From Candidatus Thorarchaeota archaeon (lineage in GTDB: Archaea; Asgardarchaeota; Thorarchaeia; Thorarchaeales; Thorarchaeaceae), in the NCBI GenBank assembly GCA_016933575.1, contig JAFGAR010000051.1, positions 1-64,000 on the forward strand: 64,000 nt of DNA. Reading direction: 5' to 3'. Position numbers and translations under genes: made by a program. How positions within the stretch are numbered: the stretch's first letter is position 1; each line of letters opens with the position of its first letter. The notes under the pieces were generated by a model. That model saw only the letters and a program-made list of their open reading frames with translations, was not told where the DNA came from and did no database searches. Positions 1 to 9,366 of this stretch are shown one piece after another.

Positions 1-46
1 CAACTATGGATAAGTTTATCAACATTTCAGGAAGAAATAATATGTT

Positions 47-475
47 ATGTTGTCCTCCAGAGATGAAATTGCAGAAACAATCAGAAAGAGTGGTCATAGA
101 GTGACTCCTCAGAGAATCATTGTCTATGAAGCTCTCTGGAGAGCGGGGTCACATCCTAGTGTTTCTGACATTCATGAATACGCAAGTAAGATAGACCCAT
201 CGATTAGCCTAGCAACCGTATATAAGATTCTTCAACTCTTCACTGAAATTGGTCTTGTGAGAGAGATGGGATTTCGAGATGGATCAGCACGATATGACCC
301 CGATGTCAATTTTCATATCAACCTGATATGTAATGAATGCGGCAAAATAGAAGACTACGACTGCATTTCTTTTGAAGAGATAGCACCCAATCTGAATCAA
401 AGAGCAGGATTTCAGGTGCAGAGTCATAACTTTGAAGTTCGGGGAATCTGCTCCCAGTGTAGAGACATTCGATGA
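47..475 (+). CDS. Fur/PerR family transcriptional regulator
   Basis: RVTPQR, HPSVSDI, SLATVYKIL wHTH, H-x-LICxxCG and C-terminal CxxC. Confidence 0.92.
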   Translation: MLSSRDEIAETIRKSGHRVTPQRIIVYEALWRAGSHPSVSDIHEYASKIDPSISLATVYKILQLFTEIGLVREMGFRDGSARYDPDVNFHINLICNECGKIEDYDCISFEEIAPNLNQRAGFQVQSHNFEVRGICSQCRDIR

Positions 476-486
476 TCTACTTTGAG

Positions 487-1083
487 TCACATCGATTGCC
501 AGTGGGCTGGTGCCTGCTGATAAATTGTAGCCCAAATTCTTGCCAAGATGGGAGTTATTAGAATTACAGAAGGAAGACCTACTGTCATCAGTGGCAATAA
601 AACGAAACCCAAAGCGATAAGAATTGAGTGATGGACAATTGTCAAATCAAATACAACAACCAATAATGCAGTAAATACTAAACCAATAGCTGATAGAACG
701 GACATCTTTGCAAGAGACCTGCCTTTTGTCAAGTCATAGGAGGGCAATCCAACTATGAGCCCTAGAACACCGTAGGAGAATGCAGGAAGTGTCAGCATAA
801 CAACTGTACCAAAGAAGATGAAATCGTATAGGATGATACCGAGGTATCCTGTAAGAAATCCTGCAAGGGGACCACGTAGTCCTCCTACTACTGCGATGAT
901 TGCTAGTGCTGGAGCAAGCCCAAATTTGAAGAGAGATATCATTATGAATGGCATCTCAATAGCATAAATTAACACAAAGACTCCGGCACCCACTAAACCA
1001 AAAATGATAGTAAAGAGAGCCATTGTTGGAGTATGAAGTCGCAGTCTCTCAGGTAACGAGAGGCTATTCTGTACATCATTCAT
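487..1083 (-). CDS. ECF transporter S-component-like membrane protein
   Basis: ~6 TM helices, 'GPLAGFLTGYLG' S-component signature. Confidence 0.65.
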   Translation of the reverse strand: MNDVQNSLSLPERLRLHTPTMALFTIIFGLVGAGVFVLIYAIEMPFIMISLFKFGLAPALAIIAVVGGLRGPLAGFLTGYLGIILYDFIFFGTVVMLTLPAFSYGVLGLIVGLPSYDLTKGRSLAKMSVLSAIGLVFTALLVVVFDLTIVHHSILIALGFVLLPLMTVGLPSVILITPILARIWATIYQQAPAHWQSM

Positions 1084-1085
1084 TC

Positions 1086-2726
1086 CTAAGTACCCTCCAT
1101 TATAATTAACTGGTAAGTCCCAGGTTGTAGTGTTAGGCTATAATCACTACCAACAGGAACAAGGTTTCCGATAGAAACACCACCCGAGTAAACCGTGGCG
1201 ATTTCGTTAAAATTACTGAACATCAATTCAGCAGTATCATCAACTCGAATGTTTAGAATGAAACCAGATTTAATAGGGTCCCAATGGGCCTGATACACCC
1301 AGATATTGTCGTCATCTGCAGCACTGATAAATGGATAGTCCCAGAATTCAGCTGGACGGGCATCTGCAAGATCACGAACAGTGACAGGGAGCGTTGACCA
1401 GACCGAGAATCCCGAGAGAACAGGAGATAGAAATGGATCAAGAGAAGATCCATCATAATACAATTCCCTGCCATCCTGAGACCAGACCTTATTCACCATG
1501 TTTTGGAGGAGATTCGAGAGCCGGTCTCTTGTGTGATAGTCGCCCCTCTGGTTGGCAAGAACCATGGTAAAGACAGTGCCCAAAATTCCGAAGATGTCAC
1601 CAAAGGAACTAGGGTGTTTGTACGAACCTAGCATGTACATTGTATCCCCAGATATATCCCGCCCATAGAAATCAAGAAAAGTGGAGTATTTGGGAGTGGT
1701 GATGTCAGGGATGGTGTATTCGAGGAATGTCAGTGCCCATGCGGTTCCATAGGATGAAAGACTTGGACCTCCAGCTAGATGGTCAGCTGCTTGTCCTGGG
1801 ATCTCTTGGGGAAGTAAACCTGAATTTGGCCCCCACCCAACAGGTTTCTGAACAAAGTACCCATTTGTGTATAACCCATATTCATCAGTGATGTTGGCTT
1901 CGATGAAGTCTAATCCATAGTCCCACATACCGCTTTCCATGTAAGTTGTTCCATACATGTTATCATAGAGCTCAGTGGTATAGATGGGGATGCTGTTACA
2001 CTGTGCAAAGACAACATATGGTTCACAAGGAATCAAGCCAGTACCCCAGAGACCTCCGGGTTTTGGACTTCCAAGGCGGTCTGTCGTTGTTGAGTTCTCC
2101 CAATCAACTATGTAGCTACTCAATTCAGATTCCATAGTTCCGAAGTTGAAATTGCGTTCATACAGTGCAAGCATCAAGGCATAGTGGCCAGTCCACATGA
2201 TGTTCGCAGGACCTCTAAAGCCACCAGTGTACACATCGTTCCCATCGGGATGGGTCGCATTTGGAAAGTAATAGTCAACAAAACCGGGAATAGACACCCA
2301 CTCATAGTATTCCATTGAGTCATTTCCGTACTCTGCGATTGTTGTGTTCATTCTCCGAATCTGCGAGTAAGCGAAATCCTCATAGAAGGCGGTCCTATAA
2401 CCGGATGTTGTTTCACAGAAACCAGCAAATGGGTATGCAAGGAATGCGTTGATGTATTGAAGTGCCCAAAGATAGTTCTCAGCATGCCAGCCATCCCAGA
2501 GATTGTATGCCTGTCCGGTCACAAGTCTATCAAAGTAATTGATTATGGCAATCTGCTCATGGGTCAATGCAGGATAATCTGCAAAATTAAAAGTGGTTCC
2601 TGCAATGACTTGAATTCCAGTTGGAGTGCTTGGTGTAGACATGTTACCGAATGTCATACCACCAATCACAATCACAATGACAAAAGAACTGATTACGAAC
2701 TTGTTTTTCTGAAAGACTTGGGACAT
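1086..2726 (-). CDS. Linalool dehydratase/isomerase-like secreted or membrane-anchored protein
   Basis: NIMWTGH..LM..LY and IPCEPYVVFAQCNS resemble the LDI motifs NIMYKGH and CEPDNYFVQCNS; N-terminal hydrophobic segment. Confidence 0.75.
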   Translation of the reverse strand: MSQVFQKNKFVISSFVIVIVIGGMTFGNMSTPSTPTGIQVIAGTTFNFADYPALTHEQIAIINYFDRLVTGQAYNLWDGWHAENYLWALQYINAFLAYPFAGFCETTSGYRTAFYEDFAYSQIRRMNTTIAEYGNDSMEYYEWVSIPGFVDYYFPNATHPDGNDVYTGGFRGPANIMWTGHYALMLALYERNFNFGTMESELSSYIVDWENSTTTDRLGSPKPGGLWGTGLIPCEPYVVFAQCNSIPIYTTELYDNMYGTTYMESGMWDYGLDFIEANITDEYGLYTNGYFVQKPVGWGPNSGLLPQEIPGQAADHLAGGPSLSSYGTAWALTFLEYTIPDITTPKYSTFLDFYGRDISGDTMYMLGSYKHPSSFGDIFGILGTVFTMVLANQRGDYHTRDRLSNLLQNMVNKVWSQDGRELYYDGSSLDPFLSPVLSGFSVWSTLPVTVRDLADARPAEFWDYPFISAADDDNIWVYQAHWDPIKSGFILNIRVDDTAELMFSNFNEIATVYSGGVSIGNLVPVGSDYSLTLQPGTYQLIIMEGT

Positions 2727-2863
2727 CGAAGATCACACCGATGGAATTAGTGGTTTATGGAACGAAGGGAGTCTATCAAAGACTGCGTCAGTACCATAAA
2801 TAGTTTGCAGATTTTGGAATTATTCTTCGACTATTGCCGTTGTAGGTCACCCAATAACCCTGC

Positions 2864-3727
2864 TCAAGATGACAGCTCTGTTTCTGGATCGATGTGAACT
2901 GTGAGTTCGATGAATTTGGACTCCTTCCGTAAGTCTTCTTCTAAAAGATCAATGATATCATGAGCCTTTCTAACACTCATGGAGTCTTCCACTGTAAGAT
3001 GAACTTCAGCAAGCACATAGTTGCCCTGTCTACGGGTCTTTAGATCATGATATTCGATAATTATGTCATTGTATCTCCCCAGGACATTCTTGATTGTATT
3101 TTCCTCTTCTTCACAGGACTGATCCATAAGACGACGCAGTGAGCGTATGACCAATCCTACACCCATTCTAGCAATCAATGTAGCCACTAAAAATGCCAGC
3201 AATGCGTCCATGACCTGCCAGCCTGTCAACTGCACTATAATGAGCCCAACCCACACGCCTGCAGTGGATATCACATCAGATAGGAGATGCTTTGCATCGC
3301 CCTCCAAAGCAATAGACCCACTCTCCTTTGAAGTACGCATCAATAAGAGAGAGATGCCTGCATTGATTCCGGTTGCAATGACAGATATACCAATTGCAAG
3401 GTTCAGTTCTACGAGCTCCACTGAAACAAAGAGCCTTCCAGCAGCGGCATTTACAATAAGAAGAGCAGCAACAATTATGAAAATACCTTCAAAGCCACTC
3501 GAGATGTCCTCGATCTTTTGATGACCATAGTTATGAGTGTCATCAGGAGGCTTTTCTGAGATATATATCGAGAAGAACATCATTACTGAAGCAACAATAT
3601 TGACCACAGATTCAAGAGCGTCAGATAGTAATGCCACCGAATTAGATATGAAATACGCAAGGAGCTTGATAGCAAAAACGGAAAGACCCCCAATAATGGC
3701 TAACAAGGCTGCCTGATTCTTCTTCAT
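2864..3727 (-). CDS. Cation diffusion facilitator (CDF) transporter
   Basis: SVALLSDALES, HNYGHQKIE, DAKHLLSD, VHIDP; likely ATG at 3727. Confidence 0.92.
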   Translation of the reverse strand: MKKNQAALLAIIGGLSVFAIKLLAYFISNSVALLSDALESVVNIVASVMMFFSIYISEKPPDDTHNYGHQKIEDISSGFEGIFIIVAALLIVNAAAGRLFVSVELVELNLAIGISVIATGINAGISLLLMRTSKESGSIALEGDAKHLLSDVISTAGVWVGLIIVQLTGWQVMDALLAFLVATLIARMGVGLVIRSLRRLMDQSCEEEENTIKNVLGRYNDIIIEYHDLKTRRQGNYVLAEVHLTVEDSMSVRKAHDIIDLLEEDLRKESKFIELTVHIDPETELSS

Positions 3728-3992
3728 GGTCAACAGAGTGCCATCAAGCGGATTCGCTTTTAGGTATTGTTTAATTACCAATGATTGAAGCACAGAAAAA
3801 AAACATGACTTTTGCATCGACACCTGTTAGAGTAGTAGTTACTATAGTGATGAACTACAAAATAGGATTCGAAGATGGCTGAAACGTATGACTTGGTTTA
3901 AGTCAATAGTCTTTTTCAAAATGGCGTAGTTAGTAGACTTTTAAACAAAAAACCAAGTCTGCGCTTGATAATACCTAGAGGAGAGGTATCAA

Positions 3993-4907
3993 ATGAAATC
4001 TACTTCGACAAACAATCGATTTGCCGTCATAGACAATCCAACAGATGAAGAGATGAAAGAATTTGAGAAGAGGTTTGACTCCTATAACATGGAGCAAACA
4101 AATGGAGAGTATAATAGTCCTGAAGAATGGTTAAGTCTAGTACTCAGAGATAAAAATGGCAATATTGTAGGAGGAATTCAGACCAGTACTCTCTTCTGGG
4201 CGCAGTATCTTGAGGTACTATGGGTGGATGAGAGATTTCGAAGACTTGGATATGGGAGAGATCTCATTGAAGAGGCTGAGAGATTGGCAAGAGAAAATGG
4301 CTGTCTTGCATCGCAGACGTACACCTTCTCATGGCAAGGTGGAAACTTCTACCAAGCAGTTGGATACAAGCTGATAGCTACCTATGATGGATATGTTGAA
4401 GAAATCAAGGAGTACATACTCTCCAAGCCTCTGCACAAACCTGTAGAATCTCGGAGATCAGACCCGATTCGATTCAAAGTATCTAAAGATAATAGTGAGG
4501 AATCAAAAAAAATTGTGCAAAAAGGCTTAGGAAAGAACTTTGATGACAATGTTGCTGATATACTAAAGAGGTATCCACATCTGAGTATTGGGCTTATTAT
4601 CAAGAATCAGGACGGGAAAGTCATTGGAGGACTATCAGGCTATTCATCCCTTGGAACGATGAATATCGCTAGTATCTGGGTTGATGAAAAATATAGAAAC
4701 AAGGGCTATGGAAAAGATCTCATGGTATATGCTGAGAAAGTTGCAAAGGAAAGAGAATGTATTTCACTTCAGTCAGCATGTTTCACATTTCAGAATCTTG
4801 ACTTCATGTTCAATTATGGATTTGAACCATATGGCTTGTCAGATGTGTATCCAAAGGGAGAAAAAGAGTACTATCTGATCAAGAGGTTCAAGAAAGATCA
4901 GATTTGA
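3993..4907 (+). CDS. Tandem double-GNAT N-acetyltransferase
   Basis: Two copies of the WVDE.(F/Y)R..GYG acetyl-CoA motif. Confidence 0.88.
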   Translation: MKSTSTNNRFAVIDNPTDEEMKEFEKRFDSYNMEQTNGEYNSPEEWLSLVLRDKNGNIVGGIQTSTLFWAQYLEVLWVDERFRRLGYGRDLIEEAERLARENGCLASQTYTFSWQGGNFYQAVGYKLIATYDGYVEEIKEYILSKPLHKPVESRRSDPIRFKVSKDNSEESKKIVQKGLGKNFDDNVADILKRYPHLSIGLIIKNQDGKVIGGLSGYSSLGTMNIASIWVDEKYRNKGYGKDLMVYAEKVAKERECISLQSACFTFQNLDFMFNYGFEPYGLSDVYPKGEKEYYLIKRFKKDQI

Positions 4908-5015
4908 TTTTGACCCAGCAGCTGTAATAGATAAGTCACCTAAAGGCATCTTTTCCTCTGATAATGAGGTTTATCAGGTAGAACAATCAATGGTCAAAAG
5001 TTGCGGGTGAACTGA

Positions 5016-5990
5016 ATGATTAAGACAAGAGTAACTGAAATGTTGGGATGTAAATATCCAATCATATCTGGCACTATGGCTAGAATCTCTAATCCCGAAT
5101 TTGTAGCAGCTGCCAGTAATGCTGGTGCTTGTGCGGTACTGGCAAGTGCAAATTACAAAACTCCTGATGCGCTGCGTGATGCAATCAAAAAGACCCGAAC
5201 TCTGACAAATCAACCTTTTGCAGTAAATATCAATCTGTTCCCCGCGCTAATGCCTCAAGATAAGCTGGAGGATTATGTAGATGCTACATTAGCAGAAGGC
5301 GTGAAAATAATTGAAACAAGCGGTCATAAAGCACCTGAAGACCTAGTTCCGAAATTCAAGAACAGCGGTGCAATTTGGATTCATAAGTGTGCTGGAGTAA
5401 GGTATGCAAAGAAAGGAGCATCCTTAGGCGCAGATATCGTAACGGTGGTTGGATATGAGAATGGCGGAGCTACTGGTGTTCTTGATATAGGAACGATGGT
5501 AATGACTCCTTCAGTGGTTGACGCTCTTGATGTTCCTGTGATTGCAGGCGGTGGAATAACAGACGGCAGAGGTGTTGCTGCAATCTTAGCGCTTGGTGCG
5601 GAGGGAGTAATTATGGGAACAAGGATGATGGCAACCAAAGAGTGTCCCATTCATGATAATCTGAAACAGGCATTCATTCAAGCAGTGGAAACGGATACTG
5701 TCTTAGCGCTACGCTCTGTTGGAAACACCCATAGAATATGGAATAATAAAGCAGCACAAAATCTTCTCGAGCTTGAATCTCAAAAAGCACCATTATTCAC
5801 GCTCATCCAAGCAGCATCAGGAGAGAAGGCACAAAAGATGTATAATGAGGGCGACCTCGACATTGGCATTGTGAGTTGTGGTCAAGGTGTGGGATTAGTC
5901 AAAGATATCCCTACTGTGAAGGAGTTACTGGATAGAATTATGACAGAGACTGAAGAGGTAATATCACGATTCAATAGCCGATTCAGCTAA
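5016..5990 (+). CDS. Nitronate monooxygenase / FabK-like flavoenzyme
   Basis: PFAVNI, PVIAGGGITDGRG, GAEGVIMGTR, SCGQGVGL. Confidence 0.9.
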   Translation: MIKTRVTEMLGCKYPIISGTMARISNPEFVAAASNAGACAVLASANYKTPDALRDAIKKTRTLTNQPFAVNINLFPALMPQDKLEDYVDATLAEGVKIIETSGHKAPEDLVPKFKNSGAIWIHKCAGVRYAKKGASLGADIVTVVGYENGGATGVLDIGTMVMTPSVVDALDVPVIAGGGITDGRGVAAILALGAEGVIMGTRMMATKECPIHDNLKQAFIQAVETDTVLALRSVGNTHRIWNNKAAQNLLELESQKAPLFTLIQAASGEKAQKMYNEGDLDIGIVSCGQGVGLVKDIPTVKELLDRIMTETEEVISRFNSRFS

Positions 5991-6003
5991 AATAGAGAAA
6001 AGA

Positions 6004-6027
6004 TGGCGGATCAGACGGATTTTGAAT
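6004..6027 (-). repeat. Degenerate copy of tRNA-Lys 3' exon (att-like scar 3)
   Basis: TGGCGGATCAGACGGATTTTGAAT vs 9367-9390 TGGCGGGCCAGACGGGATTTGAAT, 20/24 identical; both preceded by AAGA. Confidence 0.8.
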
Positions 6028-6068
6028 CATTAGATATATTTTCATAATGTTTCCTAGAATCAATCAAT

Positions 6069-6830
6069 ATGAGGCTAGAGAGAATGGACAGATGGAAGTA
6101 TTATGATATTACACACAAGTATCATATTCTCTGCAATCCACTAAGTAATGAGAAATTCGAACGATTCTGTGACCTACTCAGTCTATCGAAAGGCTCACGA
6201 GTCCTTGACATCGCATGTGGAAAGGGAGAAGTCTTAGTCAGATTGGTAGAAAAATACAGAATCTCAGGTGTAGGAGTTGACATTTCTCCGTTTTATATCA
6301 GAGATTGTAAAGAAAAACATCGTCAAAGAGCCTCTAAGACTGATTTGACTTTCATCGAATTGGATGGTGCAAAATATCAACCTGCATCTGGTGAACTATT
6401 CGATGTAGTGATGTGTTTGGGAGCAAGCTGGGTCTTCGAGGATCACATTGGAACTCTCAGAGCTCTTAGAAAAATGGCGAGACCCGGGGGTCTTGTGATT
6501 GTTGGTGAGCCTTTTTGGTTGAAAGAACCTGACACGGAATATCTTGAGGCCGCAAGCATGACTCATGATTTCTCTCGTTCACATGAAGAAAATGTATGCC
6601 AAGGTGAAGAGATTGGACTCAACTGCCTCTATACACTTGTGTCTAACAAAGATGATTGGGATCACTATGAGACTCTTCAGTGGTGGGCTGTTGATAATTA
6701 TATCCAATCACATAGAGATGATCCAGACAATCAGGAACTCCTTGAAAAGACCAAGATGGAGAAAGAACTCTATCTAAGGTGGGGCAGAGATATTATCAAC
6801 TGGGCAGTGTATATCTTTAGAAATCCATAG
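6069..6830 (+). CDS. Class I SAM-dependent methyltransferase
   Basis: VLDIACGKG motif I, GVDIS, FDVVMC, RPGG. Confidence 0.9.
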   Translation: MRLERMDRWKYYDITHKYHILCNPLSNEKFERFCDLLSLSKGSRVLDIACGKGEVLVRLVEKYRISGVGVDISPFYIRDCKEKHRQRASKTDLTFIELDGAKYQPASGELFDVVMCLGASWVFEDHIGTLRALRKMARPGGLVIVGEPFWLKEPDTEYLEAASMTHDFSRSHEENVCQGEEIGLNCLYTLVSNKDDWDHYETLQWWAVDNYIQSHRDDPDNQELLEKTKMEKELYLRWGRDIINWAVYIFRNP

Positions 6831-6837
6831 AAAGAGA

Positions 6838-6856
6838 TGGCGGGCTAGGAGGATTT
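6838..6856 (-). repeat. Degenerate copy of tRNA-Lys 3' exon (att-like scar 2)
   Basis: (AGA)TGGCGGGCTAGGAGGATTT vs (AGA)TGGCGGGCCAGACGGGATTT, with one gap. Confidence 0.7.
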
Positions 6857-6864
6857 AACTGTAA

Positions 6865-7725
6865 TTAGATTTCTTTTGATTCTCTAATTTGTTTATAGAT
6901 TACTAGAATCAGCAGCAAAAGAGCGATACCATATATTATGCTAGCCTCCAGTCCTTGCCACCATGTATCAAATAAAGCAGGTAAGAAATTAAGAACTGCA
7001 TGGATAGTACCTACTAGATATAGCGACTTGATCTTGTCATATAGGAAACCTATGAATGAGAACAACAGGAAACCTGTTAGAATACCAGAGAGAGTAAGAG
7101 TTTGAACTAGACCATGAAATATTACAAAGATAACTGTGACCAAAATTATACCTGTGTATTGACCAAATCGATTAACTGCCTGAGTCTGTAAGTATCCTCT
7201 AAACAGGATCTCCTGCCAGAAACTGTTCAAGACATAGAATGTTATCGATGCAATTAACGTAGTTAAGGCAGGCCACTGACTGAAATCTGGATTCACAGGC
7301 AATTCAATTGTCCCTAGAAACACTCCAACTAGTGTAGCTCCAAAAAATAGAGCACATCCAATAATCACTCCCAATCCAAAAAAAGGCAAAGTATTGCGTT
7401 GTATATTCAAGCCAAGATCCGTTAGATGAAATTCTCGTTTCTCAATACGAGTGACTAGGAACAAAACTAGTAGGAGAATCAACAAGAGATCTAGTGCACT
7501 TGCTATTGCTTGGCCCTCGGATGATTCGGATACAAAGACTTGAGCATTTTGAGAGGCAACATTGAGAGGAGTCCCTTGTAGAATGTATATCTGCTGGACT
7601 ACAAGTATCAGTGAAATCCTACTGATGACTATAAGCAGAATTGTCATGAGAAGCGCTAGAGTAATCTTCCAAAAAAAACGAACTTCTCCTACGTCTGTTC
7701 TGAGTACCCTTTCCAAGCCAATCAA
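6865..7725 (-). CDS. CPBP (CAAX/Abi) family intramembrane protease
   Basis: QEILFRGY, F.IFH, HAVLN motifs; multiple TM helices. Confidence 0.85.
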   Translation of the reverse strand: MIGLERVLRTDVGEVRFFWKITLALLMTILLIVISRISLILVVQQIYILQGTPLNVASQNAQVFVSESSEGQAIASALDLLLILLLVLFLVTRIEKREFHLTDLGLNIQRNTLPFFGLGVIIGCALFFGATLVGVFLGTIELPVNPDFSQWPALTTLIASITFYVLNSFWQEILFRGYLQTQAVNRFGQYTGIILVTVIFVIFHGLVQTLTLSGILTGFLLFSFIGFLYDKIKSLYLVGTIHAVLNFLPALFDTWWQGLEASIIYGIALLLLILVIYKQIRESKEI

Positions 7726-7785
7726 CCTGATAGTATACGTACTCGTGGTATATTAGACGCTATGATTGAAGCAAGATTTGAATAA

Positions 7786-7806
7786 TGGCGGGACAGACGG
7801 GATTTG
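7786..7806 (-). repeat. Near-perfect copy of tRNA-Lys 3' exon (att-like scar 1)
   Basis: TGGCGGGACAGACGGGATTTG, 20/21 identical to 9367-9387. Confidence 0.9.
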
Positions 7807-7901
7807 TTTGAAATTCAAATTTAACTAGAAGTCAGTCTACCAACCAATTCAGATGGTTTATTATATAAGGAGGATATCTACATTAAAATTAGGGGAGCTT
7901 C

Positions 7902-9353
7902 TTGAAGAAATCTAGTCTTCTAACAGTTCTATTCGTTTTGGGAATCATATCTGCCACAAATTTCACTCCTATTGAACTAACCTCCATAGATCTGGATGAG
8001 TATCAGTATGTTTCAACAACAGTATCGTCATTCACACCACATGCAACGATATCAATATTGGAAAATGATGATTTCATATCACAGGGGTGGCCAGGTAATG
8101 GAACCGCGCAGTTTCCATACACCATAGAAGGATTAGAAATATCTACAGATAGTACTTGTATTAGGATAGAAAATACTAGTACATGTTTCATCATTAGAAA
8201 CTGCACGCTTTCTTCAACTACAAGTGGGAATGGAAATGGAATCTATCTGATAGGTGTAAGTAATGGGAGAATAGATAACTGCACTATATCTTCTCTCAGT
8301 TACGGAATCAGATCAACATCAATTATTGATTGTGTTTTTTCAAATAACACAATAACTAATTGCGCAAACTACGGTATCTATTCATATTCACCCGAAATAG
8401 TTTCAGATAACATCCTCTATGATTCAAATGAGATATACAACAATCATGGAAAGCCCATCTATCTTGCTGGTTCTAATAACGGGATGATTTTGAACAACTC
8501 AATCTATGAGAATGATGGGTACTTACGATTCTATATTGTCAATTATCTAGAGATTATCAACAACACGATATCAGGAAGTTCTACAGACGGTCTCTATTTG
8601 GACTTTACGTCAGGAATAAAAATTATTGGAAACAAAATCTATGGAAACATAGGTTATGGACTTAGAGTAAATACCTATGCACTCCAATCTAAAATTTACA
8701 ACAATATGATAGGCTTCAATGGTATAGGAAATGCCGTTGATAGTGGAATGTTTAACGATTGGGATAACGGAGAAGGTATAGGGAATATTTGGTCAGATTA
8801 TTCTGGAGTAGGAGACTATTCTGTTGGTGTAGGAAAGGATGAATATCCCTTGGGTTTTGTTAGTCGACCTAGTGATGTGCAGTACGAGATTGGTGAAGTA
8901 GTTTCCCCAATCACATGGGATGTAAGACTGCCAAATCCGGATTCGTACGCAATTTATTGGGAAGAATCTATGATTACTCAAAATACATTGAACTCATCAC
9001 TGGATCATTTATCAAAGACAATCGATGGTTTATCTATTGGAAGTTATAACCTAACTCTTGTTGTGAATGATGCATCAGGATACAGTCTTATCGATACAGT
9101 CATCATCACAGTAGTTGAAGAAATTACAACCACAACTACCACTACGACTACATCAACCACAACTACCACTACGACTACATCAACCCCCACAACTACAACG
9201 AGCACTACTACAAATACTGAAACTACGTCGACCACCACAAGCACAACTACTACTTCACAACCTCCACCTGATAGTACAATGATACTAGTTGTAGGAGCTG
9301 TGGGAATCATTTGCACAATAGTAGTCCTGATAATTTTCATCAAAAAGAAATAG
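7902..9353 (+). CDS. Cell-surface right-handed beta-helix (NosD/CASH-like) protein with Thr-rich stalk and C-terminal TM anchor
   Basis: Signal peptide, GWPGNGT...PY.I, repeated NN.I..N...GI, GNIWSDY, poly-Thr, TM helix + KKK. Confidence 0.85.
   Translation: MKKSSLLTVLFVLGIISATNFTPIELTSIDLDEYQYVSTTVSSFTPHATISILENDDFISQGWPGNGTAQFPYTIEGLEISTDSTCIRIENTSTCFIIRNCTLSSTTSGNGNGIYLIGVSNGRIDNCTISSLSYGIRSTSIIDCVFSNNTITNCANYGIYSYSPEIVSDNILYDSNEIYNNHGKPIYLAGSNNGMILNNSIYENDGYLRFYIVNYLEIINNTISGSSTDGLYLDFTSGIKIIGNKIYGNIGYGLRVNTYALQSKIYNNMIGFNGIGNAVDSGMFNDWDNGEGIGNIWSDYSGVGDYSVGVGKDEYPLGFVSRPSDVQYEIGEVVSPITWDVRLPNPDSYAIYWEESMITQNTLNSSLDHLSKTIDGLSIGSYNLTLVVNDASGYSLIDTVIITVVEEITTTTTTTTTSTTTTTTTTSTPTTTTSTTTNTETTSTTTSTTTTSQPPPDSTMILVVGAVGIICTIVVLIIFIKKK
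9129..9182 (+). repeat. 27-bp tandem repeat (x2) in the Thr-rich linker
   Basis: ACCACAACTACCACTACGACTACATCA occurs twice in tandem. Confidence 0.85.
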
Positions 9354-9366
9354 ATGCAGAACAAGA

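Noticed and set aside
3872-3930. AGATGGCTG / AAATGGCGT as further att scars upstream of the GNAT gene
   Set aside because: Only ~7 nt match, which cannot be told apart from chance
4891-4918. GATCAGATTTGATTTTGACCC as a fourth att scar
   Set aside because: Resembles the 6004 copy and sits at a gene end, but lacks the TGGCGG end and overlaps coding sequence; kept only as tentative and not listed as a feature
6004-7806. tRNA 3'-exon copies as split-tRNA halves for trans-splicing
   Set aside because: The copies carry acceptor/T-stem mismatches and lack a leader complementary to the 5' part, and the full tRNA is already present in cis
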